DNA of 64,000 nucleotides from a virus (IMGVR_UViG_3300037088_000559:1370-65369), one strand, 5' to 3'. Counted from the stretch's first letter, positions 1 through 9,238 are shown. Numbers and translations are program-made. Notes: generated by a model not told the origin, from the letters alone.

Positions 1-354
1 GCGCTCGTCGGTGTTGAGGGTGATCGTATCGTTCTGGCGATCATCGGGAGGTTAAGCGTCGAGGCGCATTGCGTGATCCGCCCCGACGAGCCCAACGGCG
101 CCCGCAAGGTCAAGCGCGCCCAGGAGTCATCGGAGGGTTATATCCTCGCGGTATCGGAGCGTATGCAGCGTTTCGGTTTCCCCGCGGTAACCGACGCCCA
201 AGCGTACGTTCCCGCCTGGATGACGAAGTTTCGGCGGGTTATGGAGCGTTTCTTAGGCTGGCTGCCAGAACCCGAGGGTTATGCGGTATACTATAAGCGG
301 CTGGGCGCGGGGAGTGAGGAGGCTTCTGACGCCCGGAAGAGGAGCGTTACATGA
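1..354 (+). CDS. 5'-truncated protein preceding the ejection genes (position of T7 gp13-like proteins)
   Basis: Frame 1 is open from base 1 to the stop at 354, which overlaps the next ATG (ATGA). Function inferred from synteny only. Confidence 0.5.
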   Translation, partial: ALVGVEGDRIVLAIIGRLSVEAHCVIRPDEPNGARKVKRAQESSEGYILAVSERMQRFGFPAVTDAQAYVPAWMTKFRRVMERFLGWLPEPEGYAVYYKRLGAGSEEASDARKRSVT

Positions 355-944
355 GTCGAGCGGCCCAGAATCAGCTACAACAAATACAGTTGCAAGCGCT
401 TCCCTTAAATCAGCAGCTTCAGCGTGGTACGAGCAATATCGAAGCGATAGCTCAGAATCTACCGAGCGATTTAACTCCCGCGCAGAAAGCCGCCGCTGTT
501 GCTCAGCAAACATCGGGCGCGGCGGCGACGTTCGGCCAAGGGCGGCAGCGCTCACGTGATACCTTGGCGCGAACGGGATCGCTTGCAGGCGAGCAGGAAA
601 CCAATGCGAATTTAACGCGCGGCCAAGCAGAACAAAACGCCACAAACATGCAGAAGCTTCAGTCTTATTTTGCCAACGTACCCTTCCAGTTCGGCCAAGC
701 AAAGGCGAATATTTTTGGCCAAGGTATGCAACCCACGGAATCAGCGCTCGGGGCAAATACCCAACTGCAAAGCTCATTGATTCCACAGGCATACGCTCCG
801 GGGTTATTCAGCCAAGTCCTGAACGGTGTCGTTCAAGGCGTAGGTGGGGCGATACCCAAAGCAATGATGGGCGGGGCGGGCGGAGGGGGAGGCGGCCCCA
901 ATCCCTACATCGATATGAGCGGTATGGAACCCATCGCGGGCTAA
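351..944 (+). CDS. Putative small DNA ejection/internal virion protein
   Basis: 197 aa, Q/A/G-rich and helical with a Gly-rich hydrophobic C-terminus; first of three size-graded genes (197/398/1482 aa) as in P22 gp7/20/16 or T7 gp14/15/16. Confidence 0.65.
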   Translation: MSRAAQNQLQQIQLQALPLNQQLQRGTSNIEAIAQNLPSDLTPAQKAAAVAQQTSGAAATFGQGRQRSRDTLARTGSLAGEQETNANLTRGQAEQNATNMQKLQSYFANVPFQFGQAKANIFGQGMQPTESALGANTQLQSSLIPQAYAPGLFSQVLNGVVQGVGGAIPKAMMGGAGGGGGGPNPYIDMSGMEPIAG

Positions 945-960
945 GACGGAGGCTAATCTA

Positions 961-2157
961 ATGGGTGGCGCACTACAGAACGTTCCCAACGACCAAGATA
1001 TCTGGATGCAGCTTGCTCGATACGGTACACCCGGACCCGCGAGCCCGTTTAGCGCGGTTCCTCCGCCGGGTCAATCTCCAACTCCGGCGGTCGCCTCCGT
1101 ACCCACTGCGAGTCCGTTCAATCCAAGTGACACGTATCTCAAAGCGTTGCAGACAGAACAAGCGAATGTTCCCCAAGAGGGACCGATTAGTACGAAGCGT
1201 CGATTACTTGGCGTGTTACTCGGCGGGTTAGCAGGAGGCTCGCAATATGGCAATCGCCAGCCGGGCGCGGCGCGGGAGGTTGGTAGTGAAGCGACCGATG
1301 CGTATCTCCACGGCCCCTACGAACGTGCTATGGCCGCGCACGATAAGCGTCTTGGTGAGCTAGGCCAACAGGAGCAAATTGAAGAGAAGCGTAACGTCTT
1401 CGGTATGGGGCAGCAACGGGAAACCGAAGAGCAGGCGTATCGGACGTCGCAGCTAGGGCTCGAAGGACAACGCGTAGGGTTCGAGAAGACCCGTGCGGAA
1501 GCGGAGGAGGCAAGAGCGCGGGCGGAAGAAGCGCGGGCAGAGCGGGAGATACCTGGGAAGATCCCGACGAAAGAACAAGCCGAGACTGATTTCCTACTCG
1601 GTAACCTACCCGTCGGCGTCTCCCCCGATGCTTTCCTATCGCGCGCCAAACTTCTACAGAGAGCTACGGCGCGCCCCGAGGCGTCGGGTACGAACTCCTT
1701 AATCTGGCTGAATACCGGCGGCGGCGTGCCTACGCCGATGGTCTGGAATAACAAGCTTGGGAGAATGGTCCCGGCGCGGGACGTTCCCCCCGGCGCCCAA
1801 CCTATCGCCGAAGCCCGCACCGACGAAGCGAACGTCATGCAGCGTATGAACAGCGCTCGATCGGAGGTTGAGAAGTTTTTCAGTGAGAGTTACGCCGACC
1901 CCCTACACTTAACCGACGAAGAGAAGCAGAAGGTTGGGGCTATCTACGGTAAATATAACCTACAGGCAGACGCGCAAGGGAACGTCGCGCCGATAGCCCA
2001 GCAGCAGGCGGTTACGCCGGGGCAGGGTCAAGGCGGGCCGCCGCAAGCCGCTGGGCCGCAAATTACGCAATTCGCGCGTAACGCTCAAGGACAGCGTGTC
2101 GGCTGGAACGGGCAGCAATGGATACCCGTAGACGCGCAGGGGAATCCCGTAAAGTGA
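961..2157 (+). CDS. Putative middle DNA ejection protein
   Basis: 398 aa; LLGVLLGGLAGG segment, coiled coil, C-terminal ARNAQGQRVGWNGQQWIPV; RBS GGAGG. Confidence 0.65.
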   Translation: MGGALQNVPNDQDIWMQLARYGTPGPASPFSAVPPPGQSPTPAVASVPTASPFNPSDTYLKALQTEQANVPQEGPISTKRRLLGVLLGGLAGGSQYGNRQPGAAREVGSEATDAYLHGPYERAMAAHDKRLGELGQQEQIEEKRNVFGMGQQRETEEQAYRTSQLGLEGQRVGFEKTRAEAEEARARAEEARAEREIPGKIPTKEQAETDFLLGNLPVGVSPDAFLSRAKLLQRATARPEASGTNSLIWLNTGGGVPTPMVWNNKLGRMVPARDVPPGAQPIAEARTDEANVMQRMNSARSEVEKFFSESYADPLHLTDEEKQKVGAIYGKYNLQADAQGNVAPIAQQQAVTPGQGQGGPPQAAGPQITQFARNAQGQRVGWNGQQWIPVDAQGNPVK

Positions 2158-2158
2158 T

Positions 2159-5100
2159 ATGGGAAACACGTTTAATACTACGCCTCCTCCGCCCCCTCCT
2201 GGCTTCGCTTTAGAGCCTTCTGTGCAGCAGTTCGCCCCGCCTCCTCCACCCCCGGGTTTTACCCCGGAACCAGCGAAGCAGCGCGTGCAAATGGCCGATG
2301 GGACGGCGTACCACGTCGCGACGGATCAACCTCCCGCCGCAGCACCAGCTATCGGCCCCCGCGGTACGTCTTTCGTCGAGCGGCTTGAAGACGCCAAGAA
2401 CAAACTTCTGTATGAAGGCGTTCCCTCGATAGGAATGCCGCCGTTGACATCGGGTGTGAGCCAGCGTACCGCCGAGGCAATGGGTTCGCCTGTACTCGGG
2501 CCTATCGAAACGGCAAGTGGCGTAACGCGTCTTCTCGGGTCGAAAGCTCCCACCGATATTCGTCCCTACCGCCAACGTGCGGCGCAAGGTGGAGCGGAGG
2601 TTCTAGGCGGGGCCTTCCAAACCGCGCAGATACCCCTTGCTGCAACGACACCTGCGTTCATCCCCGCTGTAACTGCTATGGCCCCTGTACAAGCGGCTGC
2701 TGAAAAAGCGACTTCTTATCTACCCGTATCTCCCGAAACTAAGCAACTTCTTAATATCGCTGCGCCTGTTGCCGCGTTTGGCGTAGGTATGAGGGCGGCG
2801 GAACCCGGCGCCTTTAGCGCGAAATATTGGGGTAAGGAGAAACCGGCTATCATCCCACCGGAAGAAATAACAAAGCTCGCACAGGGAGCCCCTACGCAAG
2901 CGCCAGCGCCAACCACAGCGACTCCGACGCCTCCCCCGCCACCTCAACCCCTCCCCGTCGATATGGCGCGCGTACGGGCCGAGAACGCGGCGTTAGAGCA
3001 GCGTCCGGCGAGGCAGGCGGCGGGGCAACTCGCGGATCAAACTATAGCAAACGCACCAGTTAAGCGCCCTACTACGCCCGAGGTTAAGTGGGATGATCAG
3101 GGACCTCCTACACAAGCACAGTTACCAGGGCCGGCGCCGCGTACGGATACGGGCGGGCCGCCTCTAACCGTACAAGGCCCACCCGCGCCGATATCCTTTA
3201 CGCCGGATATGCGTGAACAACTCTCGCGGCAACTACAACTTAGTAATATGTTAGGGGAGGTGGAACGCGGGAAGGAGGCACAGGCTCCACAGCCCTCGCC
3301 ATTTACAGTACGCGACTTGCGCCCCGTGCAACCTAAGCCCGGAGAGCTAGACTTTCTAGGAAGGAACGAACCACCTACGCCGACGCCAACACCACCCGTC
3401 GTACCTCCGCCGCCTCCCGCTGAGCCGACGCTTCTCCAGAAGTTCGCCAAGGGGGAGGAGGGGTACCTCGATACTGATCGCCTACGGGAGCTGGCGGCGA
3501 AGGGGGCGGATTTAATCGTACGCTTAGGAGCCGACCGTAAAGTCTGGACCGCTTCGATGGTTCAACAGTTCGGTGAAGGGATACGCCCACATTTAGATCG
3601 TCTGTATACGGCCGCTCTCCAACAGTCTACGGGGAGGCGCTTGGAGGAGGCCGTTGCCGCGCATCCCGATTACGCGACCTATAAATCTCCCACCGCCGTA
3701 ACCGACCCCTCCCCGCACGGCTGGCTCCATACGAACGGCGAAGTCACGACTTTACCCTTTGATCGGACGCACAATAACGTCCACGAGGCATTTCCTCCCG
3801 ACTTACATCAAGAAGCCGTACGTTCCAAGGGGCCGCTCGATTCACGGTTCTCCGACTACTTTATGGAGAAAACCGGCGCCGCACGTTTCCGAGTTACGCC
3901 GGGCCAGGGGTTAGACGTGTCATTCGATCCGCGCGCCCCGCGGGCGCTGGGCTTAATCGACTCATTAAAGCAAATGGCATCCAAGTATGGTAACGAAGGG
4001 ATACGAATCGAGGATACGAAACGACCTAACAATAACCCGGTGAATATCGGCCCTGACTTCATCGAGCGTTTCGGACCGGAGAATGCGGCGTTGCGGGCGG
4101 CGAACGAAACGCGGCGGATGATTCTAGGAACGGAGCCGTCGGGTACGACGTTAGGTTCCGGCTTCGGTGCGTTACAACCTTTGTACGATAAGGTCGCTAC
4201 TGGGGCAAAAGGGTTTAAGGATAGCCTCCTACCTGAGATTAGTGATCGCTGGCAGCATATCCGCGGGTACGATCCCGCGTTCGCCAACGCCGCCCGCGTA
4301 TGGGCCAACGCTGTCCCGAACCTCGCGGAGAACGGCAAGGGGATAGCCGCGGATATCACGCGGGGGTTGTCGCCCGACCAAAGCCGCCTACTCTCGCTGT
4401 GGGCCGATAGCGAATCGCGCGAGAATCTACGTATCAACCACCCCGAGGAATATGCCCAAGCCCGGAGTGATCCGGCGATCCAGCAGGCGATGGTTAAGTA
4501 CAAGCCTCACATGGATGCGATTACACAAATACGCGTGGCGAACGGCGGGGAAGTCCTACCCGACGATTATCTAATGCGCGTGTTCGATCAGCAGCCTTGG
4601 CTGCGGTCGCGTACTTCCATCGACGATTTTATAACGCGCCGCAACGAGCGCAACGTGGATCGCGTGGCGACGGCGGAGCAACATTACCAGATCGGCGATC
4701 ACGATTTCGCCAAGGCGTTCACCAAGAAATACGTTACGGAGAATCTGATAAGCGCCAAGAATCGCCTCTTCGATACGTTCGCCAATAACATCGACGCCGA
4801 TCAGCACCTTATCGCGCCCGGCGATCCGATGCCGCCGTTCATCGATTATAAAGGGAAGCGATTCTTTAGCCCGGAGACGATGCGCCAAGCGCGGGGATAC
4901 GTGGACGCGCAAGGAACACACCCCGCCGATACGAAGCTCGCCCAGGCACTAGGAATCGATAAAACGGCGGAGGCGTACGGCGTATACGATCCCAACGCCG
5001 CACGGTCATTCGGCAAAGCCTCCCCGCAACTGCGCCCTGAGCTTAAGGAGAGTTCCGGTTACAGGTTAATCGGGCCGCGTTCCGTAGTAGATGTCCTTAA

Positions 5101-6607
5101 TGGAATGGACGCGCGCGATCCGTATCGGATGGACCCGTTCGCGCGTTGGTATCGGTCACAGATTTTAGGTGTGGGCTTCCCCATCCATGTCGAGAATATC
5201 TTAAGGCGCGTGGGCCAGGAAGCGGGTGGCCCAATGTGGACCTTTAATCCTAAAGCCTGGACCACGATGTATCGTACGCTAATGAACCCCGAGTTAATGA
5301 AGCGTGCGCAAGACCCGCTCGATCCGGCAGCGATGGCGTTGCGTGAGCAGGGATCGTATCCCTCGTCGAATGCGAATATGGGCGCGATCCGCGACTACTG
5401 GGGAGGGAACGCGAATCCGGCGAATTGGCTCGTCAAAGCGAATCGCTTCGGCCATAAGATGCTATTCGATCCTAATTTTTTAGGGGGGCTCGGGGGAATC
5501 GACCAACGTGCGCGTATCGAGTTGCACGATATGCTTCTCGACCGCTACCCGGATAAGAACGCGACGCAGATCGCTTCGGCGGTCGATGACGTCCTCGCCC
5601 AGTACAACCAAACAAACTGGACCGACTTCAAGCGGCGGCTGGCCCCGTATCTCGTATTTCCGGGGTGGGACGCTTCCTCGATGCGTTACGTTCTCCAGCA
5701 CCCGTTTAAGACCACCGTACCCTCGGCGTTGATGGTGCTCCTCGCGAACCAAGCCTCGTATCGACTGGGGCAAGCGACGCGCCAGGACGCCTACGACCCG
5801 TTTAACGTCCATATCGCGGGTAGGTCGATGGGGATGGGGCTGGTACGCGAGCCTTTGGGGAACGCGTTAGTACGGGCGCCGTATAACGCGCTTAGTGCCG
5901 CCGCCCAGGGGGAGAACGTCGCGGGGATCGAGTCGGCGGCGGCTCGCGGGCTACAGTCATCAGCGCGGCAAGCGGCGGGGATGTTACACCCGGCGATATC
6001 GGCGGTGACCGAACTGGGACTCGGGGCGAAGGATCTATTCGGGGGCGATATCGCGAATCGTGAATCGCGCGCTACGGGTGAAGCGTTACCGAACTTCGCC
6101 AAGGCGGTGGGCGCCCACGCTTTCCCGCTAACCTCGCGCTTTATGGACGAGGGCGGGGGGCTAGACTGGTTATCGGGGGTGGGATCGTCGCTCGGCGTAC
6201 CGAATTACGCCGCTGGCCCCGATGTAGCGCTTAAACGTGAACTATCGCGGGCGTCCGGGGTAAAACAGGCGTTGGAGGACTTCGGTAAAACCGATCCTGC
6301 ACGAGCGCGTGAGTTTAAGGCGGATAACGTTAACCGTTTATACCTACGCGCTTACCCGCAGTTACGTGATGCGGTAAAAGCGCTGGATGAAATTGACGAT
6401 GCGAAGAAACGGGCGCAGACAACGCTCAAAGGCGAGACACTCGATACGCGTCTTAAGTTCCTCGACGTTAAACGGGACCGGGCGCTACAGAACGCCGCGA
6501 AGCTTACGGGCAGGTTATTCGATCTTAAGTCGCAGGGAGCATCTAAGCCCGCACCTGCTGTATCGCCCGTTTCGCCGAACGCGTTTCTGTCATCTCCCTC
6601 AATGTGA
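2159..6607 (+). CDS. Large ejection / polyvalent internal virion protein
   Basis: 1482 aa; N-terminal PPPPGF repeats, Pro-rich linkers, helical C-terminal half; last and largest of the trio. Confidence 0.7.
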   Translation: MGNTFNTTPPPPPPGFALEPSVQQFAPPPPPPGFTPEPAKQRVQMADGTAYHVATDQPPAAAPAIGPRGTSFVERLEDAKNKLLYEGVPSIGMPPLTSGVSQRTAEAMGSPVLGPIETASGVTRLLGSKAPTDIRPYRQRAAQGGAEVLGGAFQTAQIPLAATTPAFIPAVTAMAPVQAAAEKATSYLPVSPETKQLLNIAAPVAAFGVGMRAAEPGAFSAKYWGKEKPAIIPPEEITKLAQGAPTQAPAPTTATPTPPPPPQPLPVDMARVRAENAALEQRPARQAAGQLADQTIANAPVKRPTTPEVKWDDQGPPTQAQLPGPAPRTDTGGPPLTVQGPPAPISFTPDMREQLSRQLQLSNMLGEVERGKEAQAPQPSPFTVRDLRPVQPKPGELDFLGRNEPPTPTPTPPVVPPPPPAEPTLLQKFAKGEEGYLDTDRLRELAAKGADLIVRLGADRKVWTASMVQQFGEGIRPHLDRLYTAALQQSTGRRLEEAVAAHPDYATYKSPTAVTDPSPHGWLHTNGEVTTLPFDRTHNNVHEAFPPDLHQEAVRSKGPLDSRFSDYFMEKTGAARFRVTPGQGLDVSFDPRAPRALGLIDSLKQMASKYGNEGIRIEDTKRPNNNPVNIGPDFIERFGPENAALRAANETRRMILGTEPSGTTLGSGFGALQPLYDKVATGAKGFKDSLLPEISDRWQHIRGYDPAFANAARVWANAVPNLAENGKGIAADITRGLSPDQSRLLSLWADSESRENLRINHPEEYAQARSDPAIQQAMVKYKPHMDAITQIRVANGGEVLPDDYLMRVFDQQPWLRSRTSIDDFITRRNERNVDRVATAEQHYQIGDHDFAKAFTKKYVTENLISAKNRLFDTFANNIDADQHLIAPGDPMPPFIDYKGKRFFSPETMRQARGYVDAQGTHPADTKLAQALGIDKTAEAYGVYDPNAARSFGKASPQLRPELKESSGYRLIGPRSVVDVLNGMDARDPYRMDPFARWYRSQILGVGFPIHVENILRRVGQEAGGPMWTFNPKAWTTMYRTLMNPELMKRAQDPLDPAAMALREQGSYPSSNANMGAIRDYWGGNANPANWLVKANRFGHKMLFDPNFLGGLGGIDQRARIELHDMLLDRYPDKNATQIASAVDDVLAQYNQTNWTDFKRRLAPYLVFPGWDASSMRYVLQHPFKTTVPSALMVLLANQASYRLGQATRQDAYDPFNVHIAGRSMGMGLVREPLGNALVRAPYNALSAAAQGENVAGIESAAARGLQSSARQAAGMLHPAISAVTELGLGAKDLFGGDIANRESRATGEALPNFAKAVGAHAFPLTSRFMDEGGGLDWLSGVGSSLGVPNYAAGPDVALKRELSRASGVKQALEDFGKTDPARAREFKADNVNRLYLRAYPQLRDAVKALDEIDDAKKRAQTTLKGETLDTRLKFLDVKRDRALQNAAKLTGRLFDLKSQGASKPAPAVSPVSPNAFLSSPSM

Positions 6608-6618
6608 GGTTTACCCTT

Positions 6619-6963
6619 ATGGCTCTCGATCCGGCGATCAGTATTGGCATTGGAATAGCAGCGACGTTAGTCAGCCAGCAGGCCTATCGGGTTATCGGGA
6701 GTTGGCTGGGGGTAGAGGGCGGGACAAACGGAAAAATCACGCTGGAACGCGTGCGGGCGCTTATTAAGGAGACGCATATGGAATTCGCGACATCGACAGG
6801 CCAGCGGGAGATTCTCACGTCGATAGAATCGGCGAAGGAGCGGGAGATCGCGGCGCTCATACGGATCGAAACGACGAACGCGCAGATTCGTGACGCGTGC
6901 ATAGGGATAAAGAGTACGGCGGAGACGACGCTAAAGACACTGATTGATTTGCTGGCGCGGTGA
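6619..6963 (+). CDS. Single-pass membrane protein with coiled coil (holin/antiholin-like)
   Basis: N-terminal ISIGIGIAATLV hydrophobic stretch then a helical region; GAGGT RBS before ATG 6619. Confidence 0.5.
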   Translation: MALDPAISIGIGIAATLVSQQAYRVIGSWLGVEGGTNGKITLERVRALIKETHMEFATSTGQREILTSIESAKEREIAALIRIETTNAQIRDACIGIKSTAETTLKTLIDLLAR

Positions 6964-6979
6964 TAGGATAGGTCGGAGA

Positions 6980-7126
6980 ATGGAAACGCGCTACGTTATC
7001 GTAAAGACGAAAGCGTGGTGCGTGGAGGAGCACCGCGAGCGTAACGTGATTCTAACCTATGAAGTTACGTCGCTACGTGCGGGTTGGGAGAGGTGGTTTT
7101 TGGTGAGGCAGGATTGGGCAAATTAG
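6980..7126 (+). CDS. Small hypothetical protein (48 aa)
   Basis: GGAG RBS; METRYVIVK...; stop codon lies in the left target-site duplication. Confidence 0.35.
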   Translation: METRYVIVKTKAWCVEEHRERNVILTYEVTSLRAGWERWFLVRQDWAN

Positions 7127-7359
7127 GGGACCTATATAGTTGACTTCCTCAACTTCAATTTACTGGCTATTCTTCCAAGCTGCGTATTCACCTGCGCGCT
7201 GTTGGGCGTCCGGTCCTGAGAAAATCACAACAAAACAATCCCCAGATGAGAGGTCCATCGCTTCTGCCCGATAGTCTTCCCGGAAATTGCGGTCTTGAAC
7301 TACTTCATATTTCGATTTCATGCTCTTTTCCTTCCGAGGAAGTCAACTATATAAATCCC
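7127..7359. mobile_element. 233-bp non-autonomous IS1595-like (ISNwi1-type ends) insertion cassette
   Basis: 24-bp terminal inverted repeats GGGACCTATATAGTTGACTTCCTC / GGGATTTATATAGTTGACTTCCTC (22/24) and perfect 8-bp direct repeat CAAATTAG at 7119-7126 and 7360-7367; no transposase. Confidence 0.85.
7160..7321 (-). CDS. 53-aa passenger protein of the mini-element
   Basis: MKSKYEVVQDRNFREDYRAEAMDLSSGDCFVVIFSGPDAQQRAGEYAAWKNSQ; RBS GGAAGGA; fills the element; below ORF-track cutoff. Confidence 0.7.
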   Translation of the reverse strand: MKSKYEVVQDRNFREDYRAEAMDLSSGDCFVVIFSGPDAQQRAGEYAAWKNSQ

Positions 7360-7470
7360 CAAATTAGCAACTTGGCCCGTCCCCCGGCATTGGGGGCAGG
7401 GAATCGCCTGATATTTCCCCGCTGTCCACTTCGCCCACTTGCCTGTACCGTTACAGCCGGGGCAGGTCAT
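7318..7470 (-). CDS. Small CxxCxGxG zinc-finger protein whose C-terminus is supplied by the insertion
   Basis: MTCPGCNGTGK...CPQCRGTGQV, two DnaJ-type CxxCxGxG motifs; RBS GAGGG. Confidence 0.55.
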   Translation of the reverse strand: MTCPGCNGTGKWAKWTAGKYQAIPCPQCRGTGQVANLGIYIVDFLGRKRA

Positions 7471-7479
7471 ACACCCTCG

Positions 7480-7725
7480 CTACTTTTTATCGTCGGTAGT
7501 GGCCTTTTGGACTTCGGCGATAGTCGAATGTGTCGAGGAATCCTTCGCCACCATCAAACCCGCGCCCCCGGCCGCAATCGCCACCGCAACTAAAACCGAC
7601 CGCCAGTCAACGGGTTGGTGATTGCCCCAGGCCTGGATCGCTGCCACGAAGGCAGGAACGCTTAACAGGAACGTTACGATCCCCGCCAACGTTGTCTTCC
7701 AATTTGCTAAGATCGCTTTCCACAT
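7480..7725 (-). CDS. Holin-like two-TM protein
   Basis: 81 aa, NWKTTLAG start, two hydrophobic helices, charged tail. Confidence 0.65.
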   Translation of the reverse strand: MWKAILANWKTTLAGIVTFLLSVPAFVAAIQAWGNHQPVDWRSVLVAVAIAAGGAGLMVAKDSSTHSTIAEVQKATTDDKK

Positions 7726-7734
7726 ATTGCCCCC

Positions 7735-7890
7735 TTACCGCGGTAGATGCAGACCACCGAACAGGTAGAGTAGAACGATGACGAGCAGAACGAAACCCAA
7801 GCCGCCGCCGCCCCAAGCTGGGCCGCCCCGGTAGTACCCGAACGTGGGAAGGCCGAACAACAGGATCAAAATAATAATCAAGAGAAGCAT
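7735..7890 (-). CDS. DUF3309-like small membrane protein (51 aa)
   Basis: MLLLIIILILLFGLPTFGYYRGGPAWGGGGLGFVLLVIVLLYLFGGLHLPR matches the family pattern; not in ORF track. Confidence 0.7.
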   Translation of the reverse strand: MLLLIIILILLFGLPTFGYYRGGPAWGGGGLGFVLLVIVLLYLFGGLHLPR

Positions 7891-7893
7891 GGG

Positions 7894-8181
7894 TTATTTT
7901 CCTTTCTCTATTCTCGTTACGAGATCATCCAGAGTCAACCCTGTCTCGCCGGGGGCGACTACCGCCGCCAAGCGATTGATGGCCTGCTGGAGGTGGTCGC
8001 CGGTTTTCTCGATGCCCAACTCGGCCAGGCCGCTCTTGTGCTCGGACCACTTGATGGCTTCCCAGAAAAACTCTCCGGCTATCGTTTTGTCATCGGCATA
8101 AAAATGAGTCGCTTTGAACTTCTTCCACAGCCACTTGAAATACTGTTCGGTATTGATCGGATTGGGGCGAGGCCCGCTCAT
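7894..8181 (-). CDS. Hypothetical protein
   Basis: 95 aa, tightly packed in the leftward operon. Confidence 0.55.
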   Translation of the reverse strand: MSGPRPNPINTEQYFKWLWKKFKATHFYADDKTIAGEFFWEAIKWSEHKSGLAELGIEKTGDHLQQAINRLAAVVAPGETGLTLDDLVTRIEKGK

Positions 8182-8282
8182 TTCTTCCCCTTAAACAGCC
8201 CCTTGAGCCAATAGTAAGGCGTGGTGACGATGATAATAATCGCCGCCACCACGCCCGATCCCGCTTCTTGTTGGTCAGCCAT
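8178..8282 (-). CDS. 34-aa membrane peptide
   Basis: MADQQEAGSGVVAAIIIIVTTPYYWLKGLFKGKK; GAGG RBS; ATGA overlap with the next gene. Confidence 0.45.
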   Translation of the reverse strand: MADQQEAGSGVVAAIIIIVTTPYYWLKGLFKGKK

Positions 8283-8290
8283 TGTGAACC

Positions 8291-8941
8291 TCACACGCGA
8301 ACCGGCCCGATGTGATGGGCCAGTTTATGGTTAACGTGATCCTGTCCGGCTTTGATAGACACCGAGTCCAAACCGCTATCGGCGAGGGCGGCGGTGTAAT
8401 CGGCCCGTAACTTACTCGCGAGCCCTTTGAGCTGATCGTCGAGATTCTTCGCCGGTACGTCGTTACCCACGATGTGAGCTTCCAGAGCGGCGGGTACGTT
8501 GGGGAGAATCGCCGTCGCCACTTCCTCCAAAACCGTCCCGATCAGTGATACGACTTTCAGAATAAGTGATTGCAGCGAGGCGTTGTCGATGTGAGCGGCC
8601 GCTTCGAGCTGAGTAAGAGTCTGCTTGACGGCGGTTACAGCCGCCTGCAACGCGGCGAGTAGCCCCGTGCCTGCCTTGTCCTTCACGTAGTTGTCGTAGG
8701 CGGTCTTTAATGCGTTCACGGCGCCTTGAACGATATCATCGGCGATCTCTATCGCCGCAACGATCGAGGTGGGGAACTGGGTTTGGATCGTCGCCAGAAC
8801 CACGTTGACCGATCCCAGTATCGCTAGGATCGTTTGGGCGAGGGAGTCGAACCCCGAACAGGCGGTTACAGATAAAGCGAGGAGACATATACCAATGAGT
8901 AGAAAGGGGATACGGGTAAGTCGATTCTTCGATTCGGTCAT
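8291..8941 (-). CDS. Lipoprotein, helical
   Basis: Signal with lipobox LLALSVTA-C-SG; AGGAGG RBS before ATG 8941. Confidence 0.7.
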   Translation of the reverse strand: MTESKNRLTRIPFLLIGICLLALSVTACSGFDSLAQTILAILGSVNVVLATIQTQFPTSIVAAIEIADDIVQGAVNALKTAYDNYVKDKAGTGLLAALQAAVTAVKQTLTQLEAAAHIDNASLQSLILKVVSLIGTVLEEVATAILPNVPAALEAHIVGNDVPAKNLDDQLKGLASKLRADYTAALADSGLDSVSIKAGQDHVNHKLAHHIGPVRV

Positions 8942-9028
8942 AACGATAACCCTCCTTTGTGTGTCTTTGGTTTTCATCAGAACGTTCAGTTCCAGCAGCT
9001 ACTAATATAGCACCGTCCCGCGTGCCGG

Positions 9029-9238
9029 TCAAGCGGGTTTTAGCGGGTCGGTGATCCACAACCACAGCACGAGGACCATCCCCGCGGCGAGTAATCCCCA
9101 CCCGGGGCTCGCTTTGCTACAGGCATAATACGCGGCGAATGCGGCGATAACACCGGCGAAGGTAACGAAGAACGGGCGCAAACGATGGAAGAGACGATCA
9201 AAACGGGCTCGTACGCTCATAGGCTTAACCTCCTTCAC
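9029..9238 (-). CDS. Two-TM small membrane protein
   Basis: Two hydrophobic helices in 69 aa. Confidence 0.55.
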   Translation of the reverse strand: MKEVKPMSVRARFDRLFHRLRPFFVTFAGVIAAFAAYYACSKASPGWGLLAAGMVLVLWLWITDPLKPA

